From contig NC_057750.1 of assembly GCF_004010195.1 (NCBI RefSeq), forward strand, positions 15,888,550 through 15,952,549: a DNA stretch of 64,000 bases. The letters run 5' to 3'. The notes beneath the pieces were generated by a model. That model was not told the DNA's origin and made no database searches. It saw only the letters and a program-made list of their open reading frames with translations. Made by a program: the position numbers and the translations under genes. This document shows positions 24,748 to 38,050 of the stretch, in pieces. This DNA is from Chiloscyllium plagiosum (taxonomy: Eukaryota). Position 1 is the first letter of the stretch. Each line of letters begins with the position of its first letter.

Positions 24748-26220
24748 CAAAATTGAGTTTCAACCTGTTTGTCTACATAATCCATTAAAGACTCAAGTGC
24801 AATATTACATTTGGTTTGGTCTGTACTCATTGGGGTTTATAAGAATGAGGGATGACCTCATTGAAACATAGAAGATTGTAAGGGGACTTGCCAGGGTAGA
24901 TGTGGAAAGGATTTTCTTTGTGGGAGAGTCTAGGACTGGATGGTAGCGAATCCATGGACATTTTCCCAATTAAGGTTGGGTTGTGATGGCTGAGAGACAC
25001 TATTTTTAATTAGTAAAGAATCAATGGTTATGAGGAAAAGTTGCAAAAGTGTAGTTGAGGATTATCAGATCAGCCATGATCTCACTGAATGGCCTACTTC
25101 TGTTCTGACCTGTGTGGTCTTATACCACTTAACTGACCTTTCCCAGGTTCTTTCCTATGGATTGTGGAGACACTTTAATGAATCCTTCCAAGTATGTCAA
25201 TGTTAACTTTTCACAAATCTGAAAGCCTGATTTTCCTCAGTTCTAATAATCTGATTTCTGAACAAGTTCTCTAGGTTTGGAAGATTCTTCTGCAGAACGG
25301 ACTAGTTTCTTAAGCTATCCTGAATTCCTTCTGGGATAGAAACAAAATTTGTTTACAAGCTCAATCCTGGTATATTCTGAACTGAATTAGTTAAACTTAG
25401 TGAATTCTAGTTTTTTTCAAATCAGAAATAAAGTTAATGACCTGAAATATTTGTCCGACCAGTGCTAAACCCAAGAGTGTAAACATATTTTTGTTAACAC
25501 TGGCTGGATCTGAAGGCCCCTTTTTGTGGCAAATGCTAGTGTTAAGTTGCTTTTCCAGAAAGACACACTGATCTTTTTGCTTCATAGAAGTATCTGCTGT
25601 TTTGAAACCCAAAGTTCAAGAACAATATCAATACATATAAATTTTATCATATACTCTATGTAAATAAATAAAGGTCAAGTCTCCACAGTCCTATCAGACA
25701 TTAGGAGAAAGTGAGGACTGCAGATGCTGGAGATCAGAGCTTAAAAATATGTTGCTGGAAAAGCACAGCAGGTCAGGCAGCTTGCTGGAAAAGCGCAGCA
25801 GGGCTGCTGTCTCATTAGAGAGAGACAACTGATGGTTTACCCTGAGGGCCACGATATCTCAGGCAATGGGTGTGATAACGTGAACACAAAAGTCATGCAC
25901 TGTAAATTAAGGTACTGATTTTATCAGTTGAAATGTACTTTAAATGTAAGAAATGAAGTTCAGTGTGGATACTCCAAATTCCTTTCAAGACAGCACATGG
26001 AAACTACGTAGACTAGGTCAGCTCCTTTCTAAAGCTTTCAACTTGATAACAACAAATATTCCGTAGTTAGTATTTTGATTAATAATAGTTATTTATATCT
26101 TATGTTGTGAGAATGATCTTGATGGCAAGGCATCCATTTAAGATTTTCTTTGTCTCCTGGAATGTTGATGTAGTGAGCCTTTGGTAAGGATTGAAAGTAT
26201 GTTTCCTTTGTAATTCACAG

Positions 26221-26343
26221 ACAAGTCGAAGTCCTGGCAGAATTAGATTCTTCCATGCTTGCTTTTGCAGCTGAACCATTCACAGATGACAGGACTGGGC
26301 TGGATGCTGAGTCCCCATTTCTTCAATATCAGCCAACAGCTGG
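26221..26343 (+). CDS. Candidate extra 123-nt symmetric (phase 2-2) exon of the RMDN3-like gene
   Basis: Acceptor gtttcctttgtaattcacag|A and donor GG|GTAATA. Open in the required frame (QVEVLAELDSSMLAFAAEPFTDDRTGLDAESPFLQYQPTAG) and in apparently non-repetitive sequence. Confidence 0.55.
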
Positions 26344-27130
26344 GTAATACATTGAATTTAATGTTATAGCATTATTCTTCCCTCTCACTGACCATGCTTA
26401 TCATGTGAAATATACAAAGAGACAGTGACTTGAGCAGAGTACAATGCTCAATAAATGTTCTAATCCTTTACATTTTTAATTGAGTTGTTTCGTGGGAGCT
26501 GAAGAGTCACCAAATGTAAGCCTCACTAAACAGAAAATAATGAGTCAGTGAGTTTAAAATTCCACTAGGAGGTAAATAGTTCAGACAATTTGAATGCCAT
26601 TAGTTAACTTGTTTATGCACCAATTTTTGTGAAACCGTTTTATCATTTTCAGCACATAAATGGAATGCTTAGAACAGTTGTTTAGCTCCACCTAAAGCAA
26701 TTCCCATGTTTTCTGGAACTCTCTTTGAGGAATGAATTGTCATGAGGCAAAGACTGTACCAATCATGTGATTATTTTCTTGTCAGTTTTGGAGATGATTG
26801 TTGGTATGCTTTGGAAATGCAGGTGTCACTGCTTCTATTCTCAACTTTATCATGCACTTTTCAACTTCGATTTTTCAATAGCTGTAGAGCACAGGATCTT
26901 TCTTTGTTGTTTCCTGTCCGCAATCTAGGATCGTTGAGATCACGTGCTATCCCGTTCTGGCTCATATTAACTCACCCAGCAAAGGAGTTGTATTGACTGT
27001 TCAGTTCTAAACAAGAAGGAATTCTTACTAGTTGAACTGTGGGGACATCTGTAAATGGGATTTTAATGGTGAAATGAAAATGGTCTTCCAATGATGCTTC
27101 ACAGCAGCCTGAGAGTTGCAAAACTCAGTA

Positions 27131-28649
27131 CAGGTAGTTCTCCTATAACGCTGTAGTTACGACCCTGTGTTATAGAAAATTGTGCAATAGAAATAATAGG
27201 GCCTATAGGGAAAATCAGGGTAGGTGTGAACCACCAAAAATACTAGTAAAAATTGAAACACAAATGAAAGCACAGTCTCAGTAAATTTTGACCTGTTGTA
27301 TGGTGCAATTCATCAGAATCTTGAACTGATTAATCTTGATTGGCATCTATACCTGTTGGCTGCACTACATTCTAGCCAGTCTTCAGATCCCATCCTTTAT
27401 CACCCAACCACCCTTTGGTGCCCTTTTAAAAATTCTAGCACCATCATACTATGTGCCATTTCCAAAACAACTCTACATTTCCTGGATACCCCAGAATTGA
27501 CCAACATCCATAGAGCAGCACCATCTTCAAAAAGATATTGTGCACCCAGACAAGAGTTGTCAGTCCAAAGCTGCTCTGCATAGTTCCTGACATTGGCCCT
27601 GAATGTGGCAGATAATGGAAAATTTGTGGCACCACAAGGTGTTGGAGATGCTGCTGATGGGAATGGGGTGATGCAGAGGCAGGACGTCCTTTACTCCCAA
27701 GTCATAAGAGGACGCCATTATACTGGAACCACGTCAACCTGGACCAGGGTTACCATATAGGCCAGTGCAGTCTCAACCATCTGAAGGAATGCACAGAACG
27801 TAGGAAGAAGATCAATGACCTTTTCCACTCTGCCAGTGAAAATGCCACGATCTCCTTGTTGATACCTCACACCCACTCTATCTCTGTTACTGTACTCACC
27901 ATTTCCTGCAATATCTTCCCCATTTACTCTTATCTTCAGCAACATCTGACTAACTCTGAACCTCTTCTGCACGGCCTACTGACCCCCTCAGAACATCTCC
28001 ACACATGCACTGGAAGTTACAGTGTGCCACTTACCTTTCTCTGCCTCACCCATGTGCGCAGTGTTTCCTGACCCTAACCACTCTGAGCACCTGACCGATC
28101 ATGTCCAAGTCCCTGTACTGGGTTTTTTTTTGCAGTTGGTTACCATTGTCATTAGTCACTGAAACAGATTCACATGAGGTTGCAGATATTCTTGAACATC
28201 TAAACACATTTTTTTAATCAAAAAGAGGAAAAAAGCTCTTAATACAAACAACAAAGCCAAGTTTCAAACTACTTAACACTGTCTTTTTACTGTTAAGTCA
28301 ATTCCAATGAAATTTCATTCTTATCTCAACTCTTTAATTTTTTTAATTAACACATTGCTCCTGGCTTCTTGTCCTCAGGCTGGAGAGACATTTTCATGAT
28401 GCTTTTCCAAGTGCACTAGCACAAATATTTCACAATATCTTTTCTTCATGAAATAGCGCTCGAGCCGACTGACCACGTGATGCCGATGCGGTGTGCAGTC
28501 CTCCGGGCACAGCAGCACCAGGTGTTGGGAATAAGAATCGCGTTATAGTGGACGGGAGTTCACTTTATTTTAGAAAAATGTCGGCAATTTACAAATTGTG
28601 TTACAGACGAATCACGTTTAATAAATGCGTGTTATAGGAGAACTACCTG
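27131..28649. mobile_element. Tc1/mariner (Tigger/pogo-like) non-autonomous DNA transposon with internal insert
   Basis: Perfect 19-bp TIR CAGGTAGTTCTCCTATAAC / GTTATAGGAGAACTACCTG, with TA on both flanks. Confidence 0.85.
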
Positions 28650-29620
28650 TATCAAGATTATTCATGCAAGCTAGCCTTTGGAGGGCATGCAGAAGACATG
28701 AACTAGAATAGATCCAAAGGTGGGGATAATAGTTACTTGGTTAGATTAGGGAGACAATATAAATTGTCGTTGTTCTCCTAGGAGATTTAATATAAGCCTT
28801 TAATATCATGAAGGATTTAGAAAAAAGTATATTTTAAAAAAGTTTCCAAAGCTGAAGAGTTAATAACTGGAGGTCACGGATTCACAGCAAAAGAACTAGA
28901 ATTGACCTAATGAATTGTTTTTTATTTACAAAGACTGGTTAGGATTTGAAACTAATTGCTGAATAGCTTCAAAGTAGCCTTCAAAAAGGTAATGAATAAA
29001 TAATTGAAGGAGAAAATGTCAGGGATAAGAAGAAAGTATCAGGGTTTGTGACTAAATGGATTATTCTTGAAAAGAACTGGTAGAGCCTCTGGTTCTATCA
29101 GCCAAGAAAACACTCATACACTCTATGCTTTATGACAATATTTCAGTCAGTTTTATATTTTGGAAAGTTAATTTAGTTATTGTTCACAAATGACAGTGTT
29201 ATCATGAACTACTTTTCAGATTGCATCATTTAAATCTTTTCTGTTAGGATCTTGTTGAAGGAAAAATATGTTCTAGGTATCACATAATTACAAAATTAGT
29301 CACTCAAAATGTTTTAAGTGCACAGAACATAAACTACAATGGAATGTAAACCTAGAAATTACAATTTCTTATCAAGCTTGGAAATTCCTTCACCCACAAT
29401 TTGAATTAAAGAATGAGACTCTTTAACTAAATGTCATTTTCAGGTTTAATGAATGAGACAATCACAGTCTAAAGGCATTGAAAATATCAACTTATCACTG
29501 ATGATGCCAACCCATAACTTAATTTGTTGCTCATTTGTAGGCTTTAGATCCAATTCTACAGATCTTCATAACACATTCTCTGTATGTATGAGACTGTATT
29601 AAGTGTTTTTTTTATTCCAG

Positions 29621-29649
29621 TTTTAAAAAATGAATGGCAATGTTCCAAG
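29621..29649 (+). other. Candidate 29-nt micro-exon (alternative start or poison exon)
   Basis: Acceptor gttttttttattccag and consensus donor AAG|GTAAGT. ATG at 29630 gives MNGNVPS in frame with exon B. Confidence 0.35.
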
Positions 29650-31996
29650 GTAAGTGGGTTGCAAAGATATCGAGGCTATCCGTAATGGAGAGTAATGGTA
29701 TCATATAAATGAAATTTGACTAAAATGAAAAACCATGTAGAATGGAAATGTGAAATAAAAACAGGAAATATAGCTGATAATTTAGCATTTATAAAGGGTA
29801 CAGATAGATTTTGTTTTGGATGTGTAATCTTTCACAAAATTAGTTGAAGGGTGCATTATTCCCAAAACATTTGTAATTCCTCCTTTCTCAGCAGGTCAGT
29901 TAGCACCTGTCAGTGCTGTTTTTTTAAACTTCCATTCCAAGTAGGGTTGGGCGTAAAGTAAGTGAGATACCTGATAACCAACCTGCATGCCCTGGCACAA
30001 GAATTTGCTGGATATGTTTTTCAGAGGACAAAACATGAGTCTGAGCTGGAGTATTCTTCAATTATTGCTCCAGAGATCATTTTTGACTCCAGAAGCGCTA
30101 TGCTAGCAGGCTGTATTCTATTCATCTCTCATGCTTCAACATTCTGTTTCAATATTGCTGACACTCAAAATCTGGTGAGAAGTTTATTGACCATATCTTT
30201 TTTCTAATGCCTGAATTTGATCAAGATAGATGAGAGAAAGAGGATTTATTTAGAATTGTAGAATTCTGCTGTACCGGAGACTGCCATTCAGTGTTTCTAC
30301 AGTGGCTCTTTGAAAGAGCAGACCAATTTAGTCTATTTGTTTTGCCCAAAATCTTGAAAGTTAGACCTAAGTGAGCACATATCTCATTGTCTTTTGAAAT
30401 TCCCTCAGGAAAATTGCTTCTACAATATTTTCAAATAATGCATTTCAGATCTTAACACTGTCTGTATATAGAGTCCTATTGCACTGAAACAGGCCCTTTG
30501 GCTCAAACTGGACCATGCCGACCAAAATGTTCATCCATGCTAACCCCACTTCCCTGCACTTAGCCCATTATCCTTCTAAACTTTTCCTATCCATGTATTT
30601 GTCCAAATGCCTTTTAAATGTTATTAATGTACTTGCTTCAACCACTTCCGCTGGCCGCTCATTACATTTGCGTATCACCCTCTGCATAAAAAAGTTGCCC
30701 CTTAGGTTCCTTTTTATTCTTTGCCCTCTGACTTTAAACTGGTGCTCTCCAATCCTTGATTCCCCAACTGTTGGAAAAAGACTGAATACATTCACCTAAC
30801 CATGCCTCTCATGATCTTATACACTTCTGTTAGACCTCTCCCCCCTCAATCTCTTATGCTCGAAAGAAAAACGTCCTTGCTTGTCCAATCTCTCCCTACA
30901 ACTCAGACCCTTGCGTCCTGGCAACATCCTTATAAATTTCTTCTGCATTCTTTCCAGTTTAATAACATCCACTCAATAGCAAGGTTACCAAAACTGAACA
31001 CAGTTATCAATTTTTGAGAAGATTTGTAGCTCAGGTTGAGGTTCAAGTTGTAAGTTTGTTCGCTGAGTTGGTAGGTTTGTTCTCAGATGTTTTGTCAACA
31101 TGCGAGGTAACATCATCAGTGATCTCCGTTGAAGCGCCGGTGTTCTGTCCCGCTTTCTATTTATGTGTCTTGGTCTGTTATGGTGGGTGATATCATTTCT
31201 GGTTCTTTTTCTCGGGTTGGTAAATGGGGTCCAAATTGATGTGTTTATTGGTGGAGTTCCGGTTTGAATACCAGGCCTCTGTGCGTGTCCCTGTTCATCC
31301 TGTTCTTGGATGAATGGGTTATCCCAGTCAAAGTGGTGTCCCTCTTTGTCTATGTGTAAGGATATTAGTGATAACTGGTCATGTCTTTTGGTGGCTGGTT
31401 GCTGCTCATGTGTCCTGGTGGCTAGTTTTCTGCCTGTGTATTTGTCCGATGTAGTGTTTATTGTGGGTACCCGATAAACACAGCCCGCCAATTCTTAAAC
31501 AACAAATCCAAACAAGAAGACACAACATGCCCAGATACTCTAGCCACATTACCATACATCAAAGAACACCTCAGATGACTATCAGACTACTCCATTCTCT
31601 TGGCATCATGGTAGCCCACAAACCTACCAACCCACTGAAACAACCAGCTACTGACGAACCTAAAGGACCCTGTACCAACAAGCAGCAAATTGAATGTCAT
31701 ATGCAAAATACCCTGCAAGGACTGCAACTATCACTACATTGGACAGACAGGCAGAAAATGAGCCACCGGGATACACAAGCGCTAACTAGCCACCAAAAGA
31801 CGTGACCAGCTATCATTAGTATCGTCACACACAGCCAAAGAAGGACACAACTTCCACTGGGACATCACATCCATCCTGGAATTCCTAGAGGCCTGGCATT
31901 CAAACCAGACCTCCATCAATAAATAAATCGATTTGGATCCCATTTACCAACCTCTCAGAAAAAGAACCGGAAATGATATCGTCCACTGTAACAGAC

Positions 31997-32896
31997 TGTG
32001 GAAGAAAATCCGCTTCCCTGTCCACCCACAGCATAGCCATGAAGAACATAAGGAACCATGTCTGCCTAAGCCACAACAGAAACTACCCAGAGTGCCTGAG
32101 CATTGACCACATTGGCTAACTAAGACACTTGGCAGCAAACAGGAGATGACTCGAGCCACTTCCAGACTGGGGAATAAACTTCCCGAGATAGCCTGACAAT
32201 AGACTTCCTAACACTGCTGCAACTGCTGCCGAAGCCTTAAGGGCAGCCTCGCTCCTCTCACATACTGGAACTCCATAAAGGATGCTCAGACTGAAAGGCA
32301 CAAAGGTACCTTGCTACAATGGAAACCCATTAAAACATTAGCAGCTAATCTCAGAGGGTTGAAATCTCCTAACTCAATCACAGACTGATTGCTGCTATCA
32401 GACGGCTGATTGCCCTCCCATTGATTATGTTTTACTCTTGATTGTGCTGTAATTCAAACTATATTACTACACCCCTATAAAACTACCTATGGCCTCTGCT
32501 TGAGGAATAGAACCCTTGATCTACATGTACTGACTGTTGGTTCTGTGTCAGCCTGGTCAATTTCTCTTCCAGGAGAAAGTGAGGACTGCAGATGCTGGAG
32601 ATCAGAGCCGAACATGTATTGCTGGAAAAGCGCAGCAGGTCAGGCAGCATCCAGGGAACAGGAGAATCGACGTTTCGGGCATAAGCCCTTCTTCATAAGC
32701 CCTTCCTGAAGAAGGGCTTATGCCCGAAACATCGATTCTCCTGTTCCCTGGATGCTGCCTGACCTGCTGCGCTTTTCCAGCAACACATTTTCGGCTCAAT
32801 TTCTCTTCCAGCCATATCGCTTGTAATAAACAGCTTGTCAATTTCACCTGGTTCACGCTTGTGTGGTCTCTGTTCAATTGAGTAATTTCTCAGACA
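31997..32896 (+). mobile_element. Probable solo LTR
   Basis: TGT...ACA ends, near-TSD cagac/cagat, TATA-like ctataaaa at about 32475 and AATAAA at about 32825; interrupts colinear Penelope sequence. Confidence 0.65.
32573..32795. mobile_element. Fold-back mini-element with hammerhead cores, inserted in the LTR
   Basis: 16-bp TSD tcaatttctcttccag at 32557-32572 and 32796-32811; inverted arms of about 90 bp. Confidence 0.85.
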
Positions 32897-34944
32897 CAGA
32901 TCAAGACGCACACACAAAGCTGGACAAAACACCATTGCTTCAATAGGGGCTCACTGATGATGTTATCTAGCATGGTGATGAAATGTCTGAAAACAAACCT
33001 ACCAGCTCAGCGAGCAAAATTACAGCATGAACAATATTCCAAGTGCAGTCCTGTACAACTGCAACAAACCTTCCCAATTTCTATACTTAATGCCCTGACT
33101 GATGAAGACCAGTGTGCCAAAAGCCTCCTTCATTGCCTTGTCTATCTGTGACTCGACTTGTAGAGAATTGTGCACCTGAACCCCAAGGTCCATCTGTTCC
33201 ACAGCACTCCTTGAGACCCGACCATTCACCATGAAACTTGATTTGACTTTCCAAAATGCAAGATCTCACACTTCTTTATATTAAACTCCATTTTCCATTT
33301 CTTGGTCTACTTCCCCAGCTGATCAAGCACCTGTTGCAATTTCTGATAACCTTCCTCACTGTCCATGATACCTCCTGTTTTCACGTCATAACAAATTTAC
33401 TAATCATGCCTTGTAAGTTCTCATTCAAATCATGTATATCAAAAAGCTATGGGGCCCAGCACTGACCTCTGAGACACACTACTAGTCGCAGGCCTCCAAT
33501 CTGACAAGCATCCTTCCACTATTACCCTTTGCTTCCTACAATCAAGCCAATTGTGTATCCAGTTTTCCATTGTTCCCACTGGATTCTATGTGATCTAACC
33601 TTGCAGAGCAGCTTACCATGTGGAACCTTAACAAAGGCCTTACTGAAATCCAGACAGACCCTGTCTACTGCCCATGCCCTTGTCAAACTTCCTGGTCATT
33701 TCATCAAAGAGCACTAACAAATTTGAGGTTTGTTGAAAATTAACACATTATTGAAGAAGTCTTGCACTCATCAGGACAATTCATAAGAATACTAATATAA
33801 GGGGAAACTAATATTTATACACCAACAGGAGAGTGCTGATTCATTTGCAGCTGGACTCTGCTGCAAATGAATCAGCTTTGACAAAATGTCTTTTTGTTAG
33901 CAATATTCGAAACTCTTCATTTCGCCTTCATCTTGCTAATTATTTAATTCCGTGATCAATGGCTAGCAACTCATTTGATAGGAAGAAGATATTTCTCCCA
34001 CTTACTTCAAAACTTTGCACATAATTAAACATGTCAGTTAAATTTACCCATAATTTTCTCTATTATAAGCAGAATAATCTCATCCTCTCACATTTCTCTA
34101 CATAATTGTAGTCCATTGTCCGTGGGCATGACATCCTTTCCTAAGTGTGATGCAACACTCCTGCTGGTGTCGAACCAATGATTTGCAAAGGAATGCCATG
34201 ACTTCCTTCATTTTGTATTAGATCTACCATTTTATAAAAGCAAGTACCCAAGCACTTTTCCCCTATATCAAATTGTTTCCCCACTTTGTGTGCCCACATT
34301 AGCACTGGCAACCATACCCCTCTGTCCTGTTCTTCCCAAAATGCACTATAACACAATTCTCTGCACTACATTGCATCAACTATGCATCTGCCCATTTTGT
34401 CACCCTGTCTACATCCTCTTATAATTTTTGTGATCCACACATTGTGCTCTCTTCACCCAAGTCTGGATAATTTATTTGTACCAAAAGAAGAGTGGTTCCA
34501 ATATCAGTCCCTGGAAGTTCCCACTACATTATTCTTGCTCTTCAGAAAAGTGTTTCTGAACTCGGCTTTTGTTGTAGGGACATCCCAGGGGTTCAATATT
34601 GTACGATCACCTCAGTAAAGTTTGAAGTCTGAATATCACTCTCGAGCATTCCATCTAATTATTGTTTGAACATTTTGCATAGATTATGCTATACATCCGC
34701 AAATGTTAACTCCTTGGTCCAGATTAGTGATCACACTTTTCTATCAATGTTTATAATCCTTCTTTCTGTCAGTCATCACAATGTAGTTTATGTTTTGGCT
34801 TCTAAGTGACTCTCTATGGATCAAGTTTCTAAAGTCTCTCCCAACTCCATTGCTGTCTCATATATGAAAAGAAAACTTACACTCATCAACTGATCTTCCA
34901 GTGACACCACTAAAATTTATAAGATATTGTACATTTATTTTCAG

Positions 34945-35194
34945 TTATACTGCAGCACACACTGACATAGAGCTGGAGAAAGATGAAGAACAGGACAGCA
35001 GTTTGGTGCAAATTCTTAATTTCTCCCCTACTCTGGAACCAGGACCAGAGTCTGGGGCTATGCAGTACTTGATATCGCCAGAAGTAGATCAGAATGAAAT
35101 GCATGCCCTTCTGGAAGAAGTAGACAGACTACATGGTGGAAGCAAAGAGGAACAAGAACAAGGATTTAAAGTCCTTTTAGACAATAAAAATAAG
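34945..35194 (+). CDS. RMDN3: RMDN3-like coding exon B (acidic linker, start of TPR region)
   Basis: Acceptor tttattttcag|T (phase 2, completes Gly). Encodes YTAAHTDIELEKDEE...LLEEVDRLHGGSKEEQEQGFKVLLDNKNK (cf. [27 protein letters not shown]). Donor AAG|GTAAAA, phase 0. Confidence 0.92.
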
Positions 35195-35974
35195 GTAAAA
35201 CAGTGTAAACTTTTGTTACACAATTAACAACTGAAGCAGCTTTTTTTTGGCAATGATGTGGAGCAATGGGAAGAAACGTTGTACTGAAACAATTTCTTTA
35301 GACTTCACAACTTTAGCCCCAATTGTAATTCAGTGACACTCGAACATATTGTTTAGTTACTAAATAAGTAATCTGAAGCCTATGCTAATATTTTGAAGAC
35401 ACAAGCTCAAATCTGATTGTGGCTGTTTGGGAATACAAGCCTGGCATCTGGAATGAATTATGAAACAGCTGGTCTATTTTAAAAACCCATAACTAATATT
35501 CTTGAAGGAAGGAAAACTGCTGTTCTTACCCAGTTTGACCCCCTCAAATTTCCAAGTGAGCCATTTAGTTGTATTCAACAAAGCAACTTGCCATTGTCCA
35601 CTCGAGAAATTAGGGATGGGCTGGCAATATCCACATCCTAAGATTAAAATAATTAAATGTTAATGGAAATTATACTTAATAACCGTTAATAGAAATTGAG
35701 AGTGCTACTACTGGCAAGCTCCCTTCCAAACCATAGGCATCCAGTAATTAAAGAAGGCATCTCACCACGATCACCTTCTCAAGGGCAATTAGGGATGGAC
35801 AATAAATGGACCTAACCAAATTACCTATTGCTCTTGCATTATTTAAAAGCATTTTTAAAATTAACCTAAAATTTATAGATGGATAAATGTGGAATGCTGA
35901 ACAGCATTGGAATAGTCAAGTACAGAGGTGACAGGGGTGTGGATGAAGAAATAGCAGCAGGTGGACTGAACCAA

Positions 35975-36470
35975 GATAAGACCAGAAGAAATAGAAACAG
36001 AAGTAGGCCATTCAACCCTTTGAGCCTGCTCTGCCATTTGACAGAATCATGCCTGATCCAACATTCCTCACAACTACTTTCCTGACCTTTCCCCAGAAAC
36101 CCTTGATTCCCATACCCATGAAAAATCTATCTATCTCAGCCTTAAATATATACAAGGACTCTGCTACTACAATTGCCTGTGGAAAGGAGTTCCAAAGACT
36201 CTCAACCCTGTTAGAAGAAATTCCTCTTCATCTCAGCCTTAGATTGATGCCCCTTTACTCTGAGACTATGCCCTCTGCTCCTAGGTTCTCCCGAAAATAT
36301 CCTCCCAGTATTTAACCTGTCAAGCCTCTGAAGAATCTTACATGTTTCAATTAGATCACTTCTCATTCTTCTAAATTTCAATGAGTCTCAGTGTGTTCCA
36401 CCGTTGCTCATTAGGCAAACCCTCCATATTGAGAATCATCTAAGTGAACCTCTGAACTTGCTCAATTTAA
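35975..36470 (-). mobile_element. Degenerate CR1 3' fragment
   Basis: Same 3' tail type as the copies at 48660 and 55025. Confidence 0.7.
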
Positions 36471-37702
36471 TAATATGTTATAGGGGTGGGAATAGGTGGC
36501 CTCTGATGGTATGGATATGTGGCCAGAACATCACCCTGGGACCAAATATGATATGAAATATGCAAACAATTAGGTTTAGCCTAAGCCAGCTACAAGAGAG
36601 AGAAATGAAGTTACTGGTGATGGACCAAAGTCTGAAAAGTGGCCAAAGTCTATTGACTGGATTTTTGCAGAGTTAGGAAACTCCACAGACTTCTAAAAAA
36701 TGTAGGCAAGACCTATTTCCAGAGGTCGATAGTGTTTTCTGAGAACCTCACTCTAAGAAAACAGTCTATAGCTATCAGTAAGAGTTAAAATGAAACTCTA
36801 TGCTGGACTGCTTTGACTGACAGATATAGTTTAGAAAAGTCATTTTGTTTTGCAGATTCAGTAGTGATTTTCTTTAATGCTACCCCAAGAACTACCATTA
36901 TGTTATTATGAATGGCTGGCTGAGTTCCAAAATATACAATTTCTCTGGTGGGGTGTTTCCAGTTTGACAACATAAAGAAGCTGTTAAATGATCAGCTGTT
37001 TTTGAAGTGAGGTTTTGCTTGAAATTTATATTTATAAGGGATTAACTGCTTGAAATTTAAAGACTTTGAATGGATTTAATCTGAGAGATTTTCAGTATTA
37101 ATGTGTAAAACTGACAAGTGCATTTAATCATTCAAAGTTGTAAAAATATTTCCACATGATTCTTAAGGTCTTCGCATGGTAGATACTGGAAAGTAGCTAT
37201 GGAGATGACAGAGAAGGTGTGAAAGGCCTTCGAGAACTGATGGGAGGCATGAATTGACATGGAGGGTATGAGGTGTGGTTGGGGCCATCAGGTTAGGAGA
37301 TACTATTGGGTTTTGTGATGGGGTGTGAGTGTTACATGACCGAACACCTAAAACACTTTGGATGAAGTCCCAGGGAATCAAGTGGGCCTTCAAGACGATG
37401 GCAGAGTAGGACTCCTGAGCCGTGCCTTGTCTACTCCGATCACTTTTTTTTCTTGTCCTTTCCTTTACTTACCTCTTGTCCTGAGCTTGGATGGGGTCAG
37501 CGGTAGTGAGGGATCCCAATGTGAACTTGAGTGAGCTCAGTGTGGACCTTAGGGTGGCTGTGAGTGAGTCCCTTCTTATTTCCCTGGAATGGACAATGGG
37601 ACCTGGCATTGGAATCGGCAGAGATGATATTGTCAAGTTAGGCCCAGTGGCGAAAGATGGTGTCTGAGGATCAGCGACTTCATCTTTGGTTCGGTCTTTT
37701 CT

Positions 37703-38050
37703 TTTTATTCTCTCATGGGATATGGGTGTCACTGGCGAGGCCAGCATTTATTGCCCATCCCTAAGGGAGAAATTAAGAGTCAACCACATTGCTGTGGGTC
37801 TGGAGTCACATGTGGACCAGATCAGGTAATGGTGACAGATTTCCTTCCCTAAAGGACATTAGTGAACCAGATTGCTTTTTCCTGACGATTGACAATGGTT
37901 TCACGGTCATCATTAGACTCTTAATTCCAGATTTGTATTGAATTTAAATTCCACCATTTGCCATGTCAGAATTTGAACACAGGACCCCAGAACATTAGCT
38001 GGGTTTCTGCATTAATAGTCAGATAATAATACCACGAGGCTATTGCCTTT
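37703..38050 (-). mobile_element. Second tRNA-head SINE family
   Basis: Minus-strand head with tggtattat...gttcaaat boxes; tail agggatgggcaataaatgctggcc shared with the LINE at about 43490 and short copies at about 35600, 35790, 47190, 57690 and 58430. Confidence 0.65.

Larger units (their letters stand above)
31008..33026. mobile_element. Penelope family A, inverted head-to-head arrangement
   Basis: About 31008-31460 minus and about 31465-31996 plus 32897-33026 plus. GIY-YIG remnants (YIGQTGRK) and decayed hammerheads at about 31083-31122 and 32951-32990. Confidence 0.8.
30468..33730 (-). mobile_element. CR1 LINE hosting nested insertions
   Basis: RT C-terminus at 30468-31005 continues colinearly at about 33027-33730. 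Confidence 0.8.
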
